Positions 28,992-42,588 of a DNA stretch of 64,000 bases are shown one piece after another (positions within the stretch are counted from its first letter, which is position 1; each line of letters begins with the position of its first letter). The translations under genes and the position numbers were made by a program. This stretch comes from Veleropilina oligotropha (Eukaryota), in contig JBEUKZ010000112.1 in the NCBI GenBank assembly GCA_048128005.1, positions 744,001-808,000 of the forward strand. Reading direction: 5' to 3'. The notes below the pieces were generated by a model. It was not told the origin of the DNA, ran no database searches, and saw only the letters and a list, made by a program, of their open reading frames with translations.

Positions 28992-29923
28992 CTCATCACG
29001 TTATTTCCCTGATTATTCCGCACGTTATGTTGCCTGGGAGCTTCAAATTGACGAGATCGGTTCCAGTCCCTCGGTGCCTCATTCACTTGTGTCTCCAAGT
29101 ATCCAACGCGCTGGCCTAGCACGTCTAATTTCTTTTCAATTCGCTCTAATACGTCATCCTTAGCTTCCTGTGCATTATGACAAGCCTGTTTGCCCTTTGA
29201 TGCCCCCTTACGTTCCTGATACTCCTGGTCCACTCGTCTTACTTCCACCAGCAAGTCGTTAAGGCAAGATGAACTCGTACATTTAAGTCTTGTGGCCTCT
29301 CGGATGTGATCGTCCCTGAGTCCCGACCAAAACTTACTCTTAAGCATATCATCAGCTGCGACTTTTGAAATGGTCCCTTCTAATGTTACCTTATTTAAAA
29401 GTGACTCTAAGCGGGTGCCCCATGCCACAACGGACTCGTCCATGTTTTGTTGAGATGTATAAAACTCATTCAGCAGCGCTTCTGGTGACTGAACTGTTCC
29501 ATATCTGGATTGAATGACGCTTAAAATGTCAGTCACTGAAGCATCAACTCCAAGACAAAGTATAGCCGACTCTGCTTCCCCCTTCAAAGACTTATGAATT
29601 GTCATCTTAATTTCATTATCATCCTTGTAAGTACGCATCAATGAATTTACCTCAAATCGCCATGATTCATACGACGCATACCCTTTAGGGATTGGCTCTC
29701 CGCAAAATTGCGTGAGTCTGGGAAGGGACAGGCGACACTTACCAGTTAACCCCACAACTCCTTCAGATAAAGGTTCCGATTTCACCTTTTTCTCGCTTGG
29801 CATTGACCCGACATACTCTTTCATCCACAACTCAAAATCTTCCTTTGTATCTAGTTTAGGTTTCTTACCAAATTCCTCAAATATTTTAGACAATGCCGAT
29901 ACTTCCTCTTTGGACAGTGACAT
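28886..29923 (-). CDS. Gypsy gag (PNMA-like capsid, CCHC knuckle)
   Basis: YESWRFEV, SLKGEA, KFWSGL, CFKCNQPGHIAKGC. Confidence 0.92.
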   Translation of the reverse strand: MSLSKEEVSALSKIFEEFGKKPKLDTKEDFELWMKEYVGSMPSEKKVKSEPLSEGVVGLTGKCRLSLPRLTQFCGEPIPKGYASYESWRFEVNSLMRTYKDDNEIKMTIHKSLKGEAESAILCLGVDASVTDILSVIQSRYGTVQSPEALLNEFYTSQQNMDESVVAWGTRLESLLNKVTLEGTISKVAADDMLKSKFWSGLRDDHIREATRLKCTSSSCLNDLLVEVRRVDQEYQERKGASKGKQACHNAQEAKDDVLERIEKKLDVLGQRVGYLETQVNEAPRDWNRSRQFEAPRQHNVRNNQGNNVMRCFKCNQPGHIAKGCYRNQGNDKGSVSKSGRWAQS

Positions 29924-31304
29924 ACTTGCACCTTAGCGTTTACAAATACAAAATATCCTTCTAACTAGATGATGACACAGTGAAACACTTATTTAAAAGA
30001 GCCAATGTTCACGCAAAACGTATCAAATAGCTTGCAAAAACTACTATTCCGTCGCGGATGTCCACACCATATAACGATCACAAACGCCGCTCGTTATCGT
30101 AAAATTAAACACGATTCCGATTGTACGATAATTCGCGCTCAAACTCGAACCACAGCAGTTTTAATCGCGTCACGCATCTGTCGAATAAAACGCAAATTAA
30201 TTGTTCTGTTAAAATTATTCACCCTTGCCGCGGATGTTTCACGCACAATTGAGTAAATATTAAGAGCAACTTGAATATCAAAGTCAAACAACTTACAAGA
30301 TGACAAACTAAACTTTATAAAAATTCTTCAGATTTGATTTAAATATGAATATATCTATTACCAAATACAAGTAAAGTGAACTAATAACTTTTAAATAATA
30401 TTTTACCAATAAATTATCACAATTAAATGAATTATACTAACGGATTCACAGTTTACCAAATAAATAAACAAACAAACATTCAAATAACCAAAAAACGTGA
30501 AGACAAAGAGATGAAACACAAAAAAACAAACAAATTATACCTACATCAAATTATGTCAAGCTAAAAAATCATGAAACTCAGCAACGCACATGAACACTCG
30601 TCTCCAATAATGAATTCAGCGGGCTTCCATGGCTATGGCTACGCGTAACTCGTTGTCACGAACATGTATAGCATCAAACTTCATTTCATCAAAAAGATTT
30701 TCGGTTATAATATTTCACACTTTGGACACTATATCTCGTACACACCGACGAATGTAAAATTATTTACAACTAGCTACTGCTTGATCAGGGCACAGCTAAT
30801 GTTACATTCAAGTGCAAATTGGTGATTATATTTAAAATAACCGCAAATGCTGAAATACAAACACATTATACAATAAACAAAACCAAAATGATTGTAAAAG
30901 GATACGAAATACGAACACGAGACAGTTCATTCACAACGTTGGTCACATTCACACTGGATCCATTTCGTTCATTCTCGCGACAGAAGACAGTACCGGTACA
31001 CTTAATTTCCACGAACAACTCTGCTAGCAATCTTTCGCGTGCGACTGTCAGCGGATCACTTTACTTCTCCTTTGACAATCCACGCCTATCTCGAACGGAC
31101 AAATGTCACACTCGAGCATGCAGAACGCGACACTAAAACAATGGAGCACTAAATGGTAGTGGTTCCCGTAGCGTAATCGATCATGGACCTTGACGACGAT
31201 GATTTCACATTCATGGTATGCGTCAAGCTGCAAATTTTCCTCTGCGTCTCGTACTCTCGGTTTCGTAGTTGCGCTCAGGTACCTACACACCACAGAATTG
31301 CACT

Positions 31305-31322
31305 GCCCCACATTGGGCGCCA
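31305..31322 (-). promoter_or_regulatory. Primer binding site, tRNA-Lys type
   Basis: Minus strand TGGCGCCCAATGTGGGGC, 3 nt from the 5' LTR. Confidence 0.85.
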
Positions 31323-31325
31323 AAA

Positions 31326-32303
31326 TGTAACCAGCCTTGTGAGGATTCCCAAAGCGGCTCTGAAGGATTCGGGCAGTGCGTGTGTGTGGGGATGATAAAG
31401 ACGCTCTGGTGTAAATCCGTAGTTTATTTAAACGAACAGCTGAATAGCGTACAGGAAAAGCGTACACGGACACGTTTAGCAACAATATTAGTAGCGAACA
31501 GCAACAATATACACGAACACGTAGCGTACAGCAACAACATACACGCGCAATGCAGCGTACAGCATAGATATACACGAGCGCGTAGCGAATAGCACGGGCA
31601 CTACATGCACATGCAGCACGTGCACTACAAGCACCTTGTCCTGCAGTTAGAAGACAAAGATATTCACTCAATATCGGTTAATTAATCGTAATATCATATA
31701 CTGATCATCTACTGCAGCGACAAGACTATAAATCTTATATATTACACAATAATTAATACGCGTCCCTTAATCTACCTTGTTGCTCCATATTTACACATAT
31801 AATATATAGCAAGATACGTTTAGTCTCACCGAATCGAAGGATGAACGGATAACCTGCTCGACATATTTATACAGCACAAAATACATATCAAATGACAAAC
31901 ATACATATTAAATATATATACGAAATACGGTTTACCTGCGGCAAGGTGCTTATCTCTCACGGAGTGGGACGGTAGGCATTGACGGACACCTAAACGTTTG
32001 TAACACAGCGATTTGCCGTAGTTAGATTCGTCTCCCACGATGGCGACAAAAGGTAGCGAACTGCCACTCTCAAAGTTGTCGATACGAATGATTTGTATTC
32101 CGCGCGAAGATCACGACTTCTGCCTCGCTCTCGCAAGTTATGTGAAATTGATTTGCGCGTACACAAGAGGCTCACTACAGGTATTACCTTTATGGATAGC
32201 AGAATATATCATTAATACGAACAAATAAACCTAGTACATACAATAAGTATATAAATAAACAAGACAGGATAATAATTGAAACGCATTTATTTAGTATGTT
32301 ACA
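31326..32303 (-). repeat. 5' LTR
   Basis: Direct repeat of 23713-24692. Confidence 0.95.
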
Positions 32304-32812
32304 AGTATACTATTTTGCCAAGTTGTCATCACCATGTCAGTGGAAGAATTGACTCTCATATTAAGCACATGAGGCTGTTGTGGTGGGCAATTCTATGTAT
32401 AAGGGGTTACAGCTTGCAATTTACAATAGATTTTCATGGTGTGGATGACAGATAATGCAGCTGACACCCCTCGGCGAAATCAACATAACGCCTCTCGTTC
32501 GATGCTTCATGTTAGATATCGCTTGGGATGGCAATGTATTATCTATTACATAAAATCGCATTGACATACGCTATATCAACGCATACATTATATCATATCC
32601 GGTGGGCCCGTGGGCCGACACTCATTAACACCACAATTCTACAAGATAACGTCTACATACGATATGTTAATAAATATATCGTATTTGAACAGGCCACCAC
32701 ATTTGCGGAGACTGAGTGGTACACCGGGACTATTAGAAGAAATACGAAATAACTACCATGTGATATGCATTGGGAATATGCTATTGCAATAATGAATGAG
32801 TGACAATATAAT

Positions 32813-33045
32813 CAGTGGCCGCTTCGACAGTACAGTGGTATCGTTGTAGACTCCGAAAATCACTGACTTGATTCCGCTGACGCGAACAGTAGTGGGTTCA
32901 AACCTCGGCAGGGGCAGCACACATTTGTTCAAATTATGAATCACAGTTGTCCGTAACTGATCGGAGAGGGCGGGTTTCCCCCTGGAGACCAGGCATTCCC
33001 CCGCGATAATACGGACATATCCTGCTTTGAACCAAATGATGGTTG
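32813..33045 (+). mobile_element. tRNA-derived SINE
   Basis: B-box GGTTCAAACC near 32895; a second copy on the opposite strand is split between ~34804-34888 and ~60431-60570. Confidence 0.65.
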
Positions 33046-33131
33046 GAAATATACTGGACATCGATCCTTTCCAATATAATCAGTGACGAAATTTACATGA
33101 TGAGAGGCTATACACATGCTATAATAAGATT

Positions 33132-34050
33132 TTAATGTAATGTATCCCATCTGTTGCTTATATATTCCAAAATCATTTCTCGAAAACTGTGCATATATTT
33201 GTCGGTGACATTTTTCTTTCCGTCTTTGGAGTGGTTCCACGGTCGGTAATGATGAAGAAGTCCTAGAGAGCTTGGCACGTGATAGCTTTTGCCCCCGGTC
33301 CATGTTTGGTGAATTCCCATGATCTTCACCAAATCAGGACGCACAATCAGCTTTGATCGTGCCCCGTAATCATATATTATTGTTTCACGTGTTGCTTTTA
33401 ACAGACACAGAATTTTATATTTCTCTGCAATATTTTTACCAGGAAAATCTTCCTTTGTATTAGCCCATTGTTCAGGGAAAAAGGTATTCGCAAAAACAAA
33501 ATCCGAATATTGGTGGTGTCTTGAAATACTTTGAATTAAATCTAACCAGTTTTCATGAGCGCGAGGAACGATGAATTCGTCTAGATCTACAAAAGCTATG
33601 TATTTGTTAACATATCGATAACGGTTTAAACAATCATTAAGCATTGCCAATTGGCCGACATAATGAATTTCTGAAGCGCGGCCAGATTCCCCTACGCTAA
33701 CCGGTATGTTCCATTGAAATATGTCAACTAAACCTTCTCGTTGATATTGCTCTATAACAGATCCAACATTCGAACCAACACTGTAGTTATAAAATGTAAA
33801 ACTGTTAGCCCCAAACAGCCTATTTATCTCCACCATGTTAATAAATTGTTCGGCACGTCTGTAGCTGCGATTCAACGGCGATACACAAACCCTGAACATT
33901 GAAGATTCACTCCTCTTGAAACTGTCACTGTCATGTTCTTTCTCTATTGTTAGAACGTCAATAGAGTTTTCGCATTTTCCTGCAACCAGAGACACGGCGA
34001 TGGGTTTGGTATTCCTGCGTAGTGGACACGTCACGAAAGCAGCTGTATAC
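33132..34050 (-). CDS. Host glycosyltransferase family 92 (DUF23) gene, exon 2
   Basis: VCVSPL, HYVGQLAMLNDCLNRYR, FVDLDEFIVP, RSKLIVRP, MGIH, LLHHYR; acceptor TTTGCAG at 34051-34057. Confidence 0.88.
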
Positions 34051-36352
34051 CTGCAAACAAATGATATTTAATTTTATCCATCGCTTTGTTAGTAAACGCC
34101 GTTTCTGATTGGTCGAGAGGCACCAGACCCTCTCCCATTACAACCGATATTGTACAGTGGAGGCTGGAACTGTCAAATAAATACCATCAAGTGTAGAGCT
34201 GAAAGTCATATTGGACGAGATTTTGACAACGAGATGTCTTATTGGTTAATTGATTGATTGAATTGATGCTTAACGACCACGCCAACAATATTTCAGTCAT
34301 AATCGGGTCGATAGACTTTAAATGCTGAAATTACCTGATATATTTGAAACAGAAGTCTTATAGGACGAGAAGAGGTGTTATTGGACAGAAGAAGAGTAAC
34401 TCTTCATCTACCAAACCATCTAAACACAAATTCAGATCCGAAGATAACTTCAATGTAATTACATTAAAAGCAGAATACATATTTATTCGTGATAGTGATG
34501 CATTTCTATGTACATACCAGTGAATTCTTTGGCAAATTGGTTGCTGCAATTAATGATTTTAAACGCATTTTATTCACAATGTGTAACACGGAATCCACAC
34601 AGTGAAAATGACAGTGGTCTGTGTCCTCGAAACATTTTATGATTCAGCACGTGCGCCGCACGGCACAATACTTATATGGACCATGAAATCTGCATACCAA
34701 AGTATTTCTCGTGTCAATTCGACCCGCAGAACTTCACCTAAAAGTTTTCCGATAAGGTTACGAAAGGAAAAGATTGATGCTTAATGTTCTGTATATTTCC
34801 AAGCATCATTTGGTTCAAAGCAGGACATGTCCATATTATTGCGGGAGGAAAGCCCGGTCGCCCGGGGAAACCCGCCCTCTCCGACCAGTAAAGCCTGCCG
34901 CAAACGAGAGCTAACAGCTGAGCTGATTGCTCGCGAGCAATCAGCTCAGCCGATAGCTCATGGTTTTTTTTCCACCGCAGACGGTGAGTTGTCGCCTGAG
35001 TTAACTTTATTCAATAGTGATCACGACGCTAATAAAATGGCGGACGGGATCGATATGGACACACAGATATCAAAACATGATATTTTCCAAATTATTTAAA
35101 GAACACGACTTATTGTTTTTTGTGAGATATTTGCGAAATTATGATTTATCATTGACTGCTTTACTAAATGGCAGTGGAGTATACAAATAAAACAATTTCT
35201 AAGCATATTCAAAAATGTATTAATGCTACTCATCGATCCAGGGCGGATCGAGGATTTTTGCTGGGGGGGGGGGGGGGCGCTGATTTTATTTGCAAATTTG
35301 GATATTTAGCAACCACAGCGATATGGCCTCTCCTGCTATGGATTTCACTGTACTATATATTTTTACACGGAAAGCAGGTTTAACATGTATATTGCATGGT
35401 CGCAGCAAGGAATTTAATGGGGGTCTAAATTTAGTATCAAAGAAACGCGTGGGGGCGGATTCCACGATGAGAAAAAATTTGATAATAATTTTTATTGACG
35501 GTGTGTAACTGCCTCTCCTACATTCTGAGAGTGTATAAATGCGATATTTTTCCGTTTTTGTCCCTAAATGGTGTCTCGTTCGCAGAGGACTGAATTCCAC
35601 GACGGTTTCCATTGGTTAAATTATCCAATACTTGTGCCTTTACGGAGCGGCGAGGAGGGGAGGGGGGGGGGCTCAGTTACATTGTTTCGCAACTTTAAAA
35701 AAAATACTCGTACTGTGTTTATGAAATTGTTCATACATGTCGGTAAAAAATATTGCGTTTACACTGCCAGAATACAGGATAATGAATTTCACAATTTTCC
35801 TCCACGTTGATAGTATATTTGCAAATTTCAGCCCAACCCCCGGACTTTACTTGAAAAAAGGCTCCGCCGCCTCTGCTTTAGAATAACGCGCGCCCCCTTA
35901 AATCTGACCAAGAATATGTTGATAGAAAGAATTTTCAGTGCATTATAAAAGCGCAATAAAATAAAGTTGAATTTTGTTAATATACACAATATTTAACCGT
36001 AATTATGATTCTAAAATTGACTAGTGTTGCATATATCATTTATAATCAAATAGCCTACGTAGAGTAGGCCAATATGGCGGACGAGTAGGACGTGTCTTCA
36101 CATCGCTCCAAACTGAGCAAGCCAAATCGGATAAATCACAGTGATGGATTACTAAATATAAGCAACGGGAACCAACACGGACTGTACAATGGCACTTATA
36201 CATATGTAAGTTTCTTTACTAGTCTACTAATTTGACTTTATAAGCAATAGCCATAAACTTACTAAACCAAAGCACTCGCCATATATTCAACGAGCCGTGA
36301 AATTAAGCATCGATCAAATATCTACAGTGTAAAACTCTCTCATACATCTACA

Positions 36353-37138
36353 ATGTCGTCAAAAAAAGAAAAGAAAAGACAGCGTCAACGGAGCAATACA
36401 TCTGACTTAGAAAACAGTTTCCAAAATACCAGCACATTGGACCACAGCGTCATGGAAATTAATAAAACATTAATAGAAACAATAGTCGAGAGAGCCATGG
36501 ATGCAGCCAAGAAACAACTCCATTTAGATATTGTTGAATTGATCGACAAAAAGCTGGAAAAAATAGATAACGAAAATTTTATTTTATTAGAAGAAACAGA
36601 CCGACTAAAGATTGACCTTCTGGGCTGTGTTGACGAAATTAAACATCTGAAAGAGGAGATATGTTTACTGAAATCAGCAGTCAGGCAAAACAGCTTATTG
36701 TCTAATGACAACGAACAGTACAGCCGTCGGTCGAACATTAGGATTTTCAACGTGCCCGAGCATGACGACGAGAACAGCACTTCGGTATTGTGCGATATCA
36801 TCAACACCAAGCTGGGCGTTAACATATCGCACCTCGATGTTGACGTCTCCCATAGGGTGGGCAAGAAAACCCCCAACTTTTCCAGGCCTATTATAGCCAA
36901 ATTACACAATCGAGGCGATAAAGACGCAATCATCAGAAACAGAAGAAAACTGAAAGGAACCAAGATCGTGATTCGTGATGACCTCACAAAGACAAATGTG
37001 CAGGTATTAAAACAGAGCGAAACAAAATCCGCGAATAAAAGATTGCTGGGACGTCAATGGAAAAGTCTTTGCGGAAGCCCACAATGGCTTCAAATTCCAA
37101 GTGCGGCCATTTCAAAACATCGACGAAATTCTAAATAA
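36353..37138 (+). CDS. LINE ORF1 (coiled coil + RRM), probably frameshifted near its C-terminus
   Basis: NEQYSRRSNIRIFNVPE, HRVG, RPIIAKL, IRDDLT. Confidence 0.85.
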   Translation: MSSKKEKKRQRQRSNTSDLENSFQNTSTLDHSVMEINKTLIETIVERAMDAAKKQLHLDIVELIDKKLEKIDNENFILLEETDRLKIDLLGCVDEIKHLKEEICLLKSAVRQNSLLSNDNEQYSRRSNIRIFNVPEHDDENSTSVLCDIINTKLGVNISHLDVDVSHRVGKKTPNFSRPIIAKLHNRGDKDAIIRNRRKLKGTKIVIRDDLTKTNVQVLKQSETKSANKRLLGRQWKSLCGSPQWLQIPSAAISKHRRNSK

Positions 37139-38135
37139 TTTCAATATATCCCAATAATCTGCCTTTATGTCGACCTCCAGAAATTGCTAATTCAACTTTC
37201 CTAACTATTAATTTACTATAAAATATAATTATCAATGCTCATACGCAGTACTTTAATTATACACCACACGGATAATGTATCTCTTGACAACCCACATATG
37301 TTCATATAATATATAATATCAATATCGAAAATCTATATACTAATCAAATGTTTCTTTATCTGTGTCCGAATACACGTATATTGGTCTATCAAATATCGTA
37401 CGTTCTATGCACACTATTCGTTACTATATTATTTATGTCATATTACCTTTATCTAATAGGTAAACCGTTAATTGCTTTTCTATAATATTTCACTCTTATT
37501 TTCTTTGTTAATATTTCTATGTATCATTTCATACGATTACTATTTTTACTTTATATTGTATGTAATCTATATAAGTCATACCGCCAATTTATATTCTCCC
37601 ATATGACGTATTTATCATCTTGTATATTACTTACATATATGGATATGTATACATGTGTTTTGTGCCGACGTATGTTTGTGAGTGTATATGTACGTGAATG
37701 TATATTCCAAATATGTATATCACTAAAGTATATATACATGTGCGTGTGTGCGTGCGTGTGTGTGTGTGTGTGTGTATGCATGTATATGAGTGTGAGTGTA
37801 TAAATTTATATTTACATATATACATACTTATATATTGAGCTAATGCATCTGCCAAATGACGGCCCTAAACGTTACACCGCCCTTCCGTTAGGAACTCAGC
37901 AGCTCGCCACTATTACTCTGTAGTATTTATTAGAATCAATGGTAATTATCTTCTCTTTGCTAATAGTCTTACTTAAAATATTATACTATTTCTAGTCCAA
38001 GTTGGTTTTCAGCTTAGTATGAAACAGTACACGCTTTCATACTCTTACCAGTTTTGAATTTATCCCTACTCCTTCCCACCGTACCCTTCTTCAAGAACTC
38101 TCTCATATTCATCATCAGTTAGATTGTGATAGCGA

Positions 38136-41100
38136 ATGAACGAAGTTCCACCCCTCTGCCAAATATGCAATTTATTACGTAAATCATCACAATTATGTAT
38201 AATTTGTGCAAACTGTAATTCATTATTCCATGTTAAATGCACACAACTTACAATTAACACCTTCAAGTCAATGAGTACCCACGAAGTCAATACCTGGTAC
38301 TGTCCTTCCTGCTTATCTAACATATTTCCATTTAATTCACTTCAGGACGATACTGAGTTCAATATAGCGATACTTGAAAATAAGACTGGTGGATATTCAA
38401 ATGAAAACATTCAATTTGTCCGTGAACTGTGTTTCAACCCTTTCTCTTCAAATGATAGTAGATATCTCCTAAATAACGCTGACATAGATGCAGACGAAAA
38501 CTATTTTGCATCTAACACATCCAACACGACATCAAATTATATCATCGAACAAGAATACGTTGTACTTAATGACAGCTCGGGTCCACATAACAGTTTCAAA
38601 ATTCTTCATATAAACTGTCGTAGTCTAAAGGCCAATTACGACAAAGTTAAATATCACATAAGTAACTTGACACATAAATTATCTATAATTGCTCTAACTG
38701 AAACTTGGTTAGCTGATGGGGAAGAAAATTATTTAAATATTGAAGGATACGAACTTGTGTGTAAGAACAGACAAGACAAAACAGGTGGTGGGGTTGGATT
38801 TTATGTGGACAACACACTAGATTACAAAATCAGAGAAGACTTATGTTTACTATCTGAAGATATCGAAACAATATTCGTTGAAATCTTGCAATCAAATCTA
38901 AAAAATATAATAATTGGGTCTATTTACAGACCCCCAAACCAAAACACTGCTACTTTTCTTGAAAAACTTATCAAAGTTGTTACTAAGATAAATTTGGAAA
39001 ATAAAATAACTTTCCTAACTGGTGATTTCAACATAAATTTAATTAACGTAAGTTCACACAAGGATACAGAAACATTTATAAACAGAATGATATCCAATTC
39101 CTTTTATCCCCTTATTACCAAACCAACACGAATTACTGATAGTACAGCAACATTAATCGATAACATATTTGTTAATGTATTGGAATACAAAATGAAAAGT
39201 GGTATATTGATTACAGATATCAGTGATCATTTGCCTATATTTTTAAGCATTGAATTGAATATAATTAAAAAAGATTCACCACGATTTGAATATAAGCGAA
39301 AATTTACTGAAATGAACATAAACAGTTTCAAATCTGATCTTCAAAATCAAACATGGGACGATTTAGAAAATTATGACAATCCAAATCAATCGTATGAATC
39401 GTTTATGGACAAACTTTTATTTCTATATAATAAACACTTTCCAAAGTTAAGGTCAAGAATAAATAGAAGAATCAAATCCAAGCCATTTTTGACCACTGGT
39501 TTAATGGAATCAATCTCAATAAAAAATAAGCTATATCGGACATACCTAAAAAAACCTAAAACAAGCAATGAACATAAATACAAACAGTACAAAAACAAAC
39601 TAAATCATCTGCTTAGAATCTCTAAGAAAAAATATAACGCAGACATGTTTGAAAATGCTAAAAATGATATTAGAAAAACATGGTGTATTATAAAGACTAT
39701 TTTAAATAAACAAAGTAATAAATCTGAACTGCCTAACTCATTGAAGGACAACAACCAACAAATAACAGATAAAAGTGACATATGTAACAAATTTAATAAC
39801 TACTTTGTTAATGTAGGACACAACCTGGCTTCAAAAATTCCGCATCAAGATCGATCAATCGAAACCTACCTCACAGGTAATTACCCCCAATCTATTTGTT
39901 TTATGCCGACCGATATTGATGAGGTATCCAACATTGTACGTAGCATGAAAAACAAAAGTCCAGGATATGATGAAATAAGTTCGGCAATGGTGAAACAGAT
40001 ATTACCCCATATTGCCTCCCCTCTGGTGACCATTTTAAATCAATCGATGCAAACTGGTATTGTACCAGATAACCTGAAAATTGCAAAAGTGAAACCTATT
40101 TTCAAAAGTGGAAACCAAGAAGTATTCTCAAATTATAGACCGATTTCTGTACTTCCATATTTCTCAAAAATATTGGAAAAGATTATTTACAACCGAGTTA
40201 TATCCTTCCTAAACAAGCACAATATTATATCAAATACTCAATTCGGATTTCGGTCAAACCACTCAACTTATATGGCACTATTAGATCTTGTCGACAATAT
40301 TTCCTCAAATATGGATTCAAATAAATTTACCATGAATATACTAATAGATCTATCAAAAGCCTTTGACACCATTGATCACAAAATACTAATAAAAAAACTC
40401 AACCATTATGGAATACGAGGCAAACAATTAGCATGGTTTGAAAGTTATTTAGCGAATAGAACACAATACGTCTCGATTAATGAAAATAATTCTGCCTCTA
40501 TGACCATTAACTGTGGGGTACCCCAAGGCTCTATTCTTGGTCCTCTTCTATTTATACTATACGTCAATGACATGTGTAATATATCCGACATATTAAAATT
40601 CATATTATTTGCAGATGACACAAACATCTTCTACACTCATTCTAACTTTAAGCAATTAATAGAAACGGTAAATAGAGAAATTGACAAACTAAATGTATGG
40701 TTTAAAATTAACAAACTATCCCTTAATTTAAAAAAAACCAAATTCATGATATTCTGTCATAAGAATAAGAAATACTCGGAAAAAGATGCCACACTTCTAA
40801 TTGATAATTCTAAAGTAAATCAAGTCAAATATTCTAAATTTCTTGGAGTCATTGTGGATGAAAACTTAACTTGGCAGCCTCATATATCAGAAGTCAGTCA
40901 AAAGATTGCCAAATCTATTGGAATCATAAATAGAATAAAGCATGAAATCCCACTCAACATACTAAAAACCTTATATTCCAGCTTAATATTACCATACCTA
41001 AATTATTGCAATATCATATGGGCAAGTAACTACTCATCTAGATTAAAAACTTTGTTTCAACTACAAAAACGAGCTGTCCGAGTTATTACAAGATCGGAGT

Positions 41101-41471
41101 GGCATGCTCATACAGCTCCTCTATTCTATAAACATAACCTACTTACTATATATGATCTTCATAAAGTTCAGGTAGGAACATTTATGTATTGTCACGCGCA
41201 TAAAACCTTACCAACAATATTTTTAAAATACTTTTCAACGAATGATCTAATTCATAGCCATTTCACCAGATCATCAAAGGATTATCACATGATAAAAACT
41301 CGTACAAACATCCGACAACATGCAATCAGATATGAAGGACCCAAACTGTATAACTCGCTCGAAGACAATCTCAAAAACAGCAAGTCTAAATTCATTTTCA
41401 AGAAAAAGTACAAAAATTGTCTCTGCTCAAAATACAGGTTATTGACTTCGTGGACTCACTTGTACCAATGA
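38136..41471 (+). CDS. LINE ORF2: PHD finger + AP endonuclease + reverse transcriptase
   Basis: CxxC..CANC..FHVKC..WYCPSC; HINCRS, LTETW, GDFN, SDH; DLSKAFD, GVPQGSILGP, FADDT. Confidence 0.95.
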   Translation: MNEVPPLCQICNLLRKSSQLCIICANCNSLFHVKCTQLTINTFKSMSTHEVNTWYCPSCLSNIFPFNSLQDDTEFNIAILENKTGGYSNENIQFVRELCFNPFSSNDSRYLLNNADIDADENYFASNTSNTTSNYIIEQEYVVLNDSSGPHNSFKILHINCRSLKANYDKVKYHISNLTHKLSIIALTETWLADGEENYLNIEGYELVCKNRQDKTGGGVGFYVDNTLDYKIREDLCLLSEDIETIFVEILQSNLKNIIIGSIYRPPNQNTATFLEKLIKVVTKINLENKITFLTGDFNINLINVSSHKDTETFINRMISNSFYPLITKPTRITDSTATLIDNIFVNVLEYKMKSGILITDISDHLPIFLSIELNIIKKDSPRFEYKRKFTEMNINSFKSDLQNQTWDDLENYDNPNQSYESFMDKLLFLYNKHFPKLRSRINRRIKSKPFLTTGLMESISIKNKLYRTYLKKPKTSNEHKYKQYKNKLNHLLRISKKKYNADMFENAKNDIRKTWCIIKTILNKQSNKSELPNSLKDNNQQITDKSDICNKFNNYFVNVGHNLASKIPHQDRSIETYLTGNYPQSICFMPTDIDEVSNIVRSMKNKSPGYDEISSAMVKQILPHIASPLVTILNQSMQTGIVPDNLKIAKVKPIFKSGNQEVFSNYRPISVLPYFSKILEKIIYNRVISFLNKHNIISNTQFGFRSNHSTYMALLDLVDNISSNMDSNKFTMNILIDLSKAFDTIDHKILIKKLNHYGIRGKQLAWFESYLANRTQYVSINENNSASMTINCGVPQGSILGPLLFILYVNDMCNISDILKFILFADDTNIFYTHSNFKQLIETVNREIDKLNVWFKINKLSLNLKKTKFMIFCHKNKKYSEKDATLLIDNSKVNQVKYSKFLGVIVDENLTWQPHISEVSQKIAKSIGIINRIKHEIPLNILKTLYSSLILPYLNYCNIIWASNYSSRLKTLFQLQKRAVRVITRSEWHAHTAPLFYKHNLLTIYDLHKVQVGTFMYCHAHKTLPTIFLKYFSTNDLIHSHFTRSSKDYHMIKTRTNIRQHAIRYEGPKLYNSLEDNLKNSKSKFIFKKKYKNCLCSKYRLLTSWTHLYQ

Positions 41472-41926
41472 AACTAACCCATCTAAAATACTCCTTTGCA
41501 TAAAAACCTTATGTTGTCCTCCAATATTTAGCCTAATCAAAAATAAATGTTTTAATCATACATCATGTACTATTTCACCATTAGATAATATGACTCAGAC
41601 CGTCTAGCCATAGGTGGTTTATCGCTTACAAGCCCACATGGGTTTCTTGATAAATCTCCTTGCCACTTTAACACATTGTACAAAAAATTACAGTAGTTTC
41701 TTTAAACAATACTAATCGATAATTATACAGCCAAACGCAATAACGACCAACCTATCAGCATCCATAAATTGTTTATTATGATTTGTTCAGTATATATACA
41801 AATATGCATGCCTGGTGTCAGTTGTTACCATTTATTTATTACTATTGTTTATAGAAATTTATTTGTAAAATATGTATTATTATTGTTGTATACTAGGCTA
41901 AATAAAACATTATCACATCACATTCT

Positions 41927-42420
41927 TACGTGTGAATGTATTCGCGAGTCGAAAAATATCCAACACGTTTGATTCCTGCCTCATCGCCTCGCGAGGCTGA
42001 AACCTCACCAAAAATTGTCCGCAGGCGTGAGCTATGGAATGCCAAGAGGCTCCATATTCCATTGTGCTAGTTACAGTTACAACATTAGTATTAATGTTGC
42101 AATATCCTAATTCGACTTCAAAAGTATTCTACTTTTACTTGCAATGCGATAGTTTCAATGTGTTTCAATGATAGTTTAAAATAGCCTACGTGTGAATGTA
42201 TTCGCGAGTCGAAAAATATCCACACGTTTGATTCCTGCCTCATCGCCTCGCGAGGCTGAAACCTCACCAAAAATTGTCCGCAGACGTGAGCTATGGAATG
42301 CCAAGAGGCTCAATATTCCATTGTGCTAGTTACAGTTACAACATTAGTATTAATGTTGCAATATCCTAATTCGACTTCAAAAGTATTCTACTTTTACTTG
42401 CAATGCGATAGTTTCAATGT
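41927..42420. repeat. Tandem duplication of ~240-260 bp
   Basis: TACGTGTGAATGTATTCGCGAG... at 41927 and 42187. Confidence 0.85.
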
Positions 42421-42588
42421 GACAGTTGAAATGTTACAGTTGCAATATTGCAGTTTCAATGTGACAGTTGCAATATTACAGTTGCAATGTGACAGTTGCA
42501 ATATTAAAGTTGCAATGTTACAGTTGAAATATTACAGTTTCAATGTTACAGTTGCCATATTACAGTTGCAATATTCTAACTACAATAT
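42406..42588. repeat. 14-bp minisatellite (TTACAGTTGCAATR) with 28-bp alternation
   Basis: About 12 units ending alternately ATG/ATA. Confidence 0.8.

Larger units (their letters stand above)
23713..32303 (-). mobile_element. Full-length Gypsy/Ty3 LTR retrotransposon
   Basis: TG...CA LTRs of ~980 bp with few differences, TSD AGTA (23709-23712, 32304-32307), PBS, PPT, order gag-PR-RT-RH-IN. Confidence 0.96.
36061..41926 (+). mobile_element. Near full-length CR1/Crack-like LINE
   Basis: 5' AATATGGCGGAC leader, ORF1, PHD-APE-RT ORF2, AATAAA plus ATCAC-repeat tail, TACGT on both flanks (36056-36060, 41927-41931). Confidence 0.85.

Noticed and set aside
37519..37855. ORFs in the LINE inter-ORF spacer
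   Set aside because: Products of (TG)n/(TA)n microsatellite
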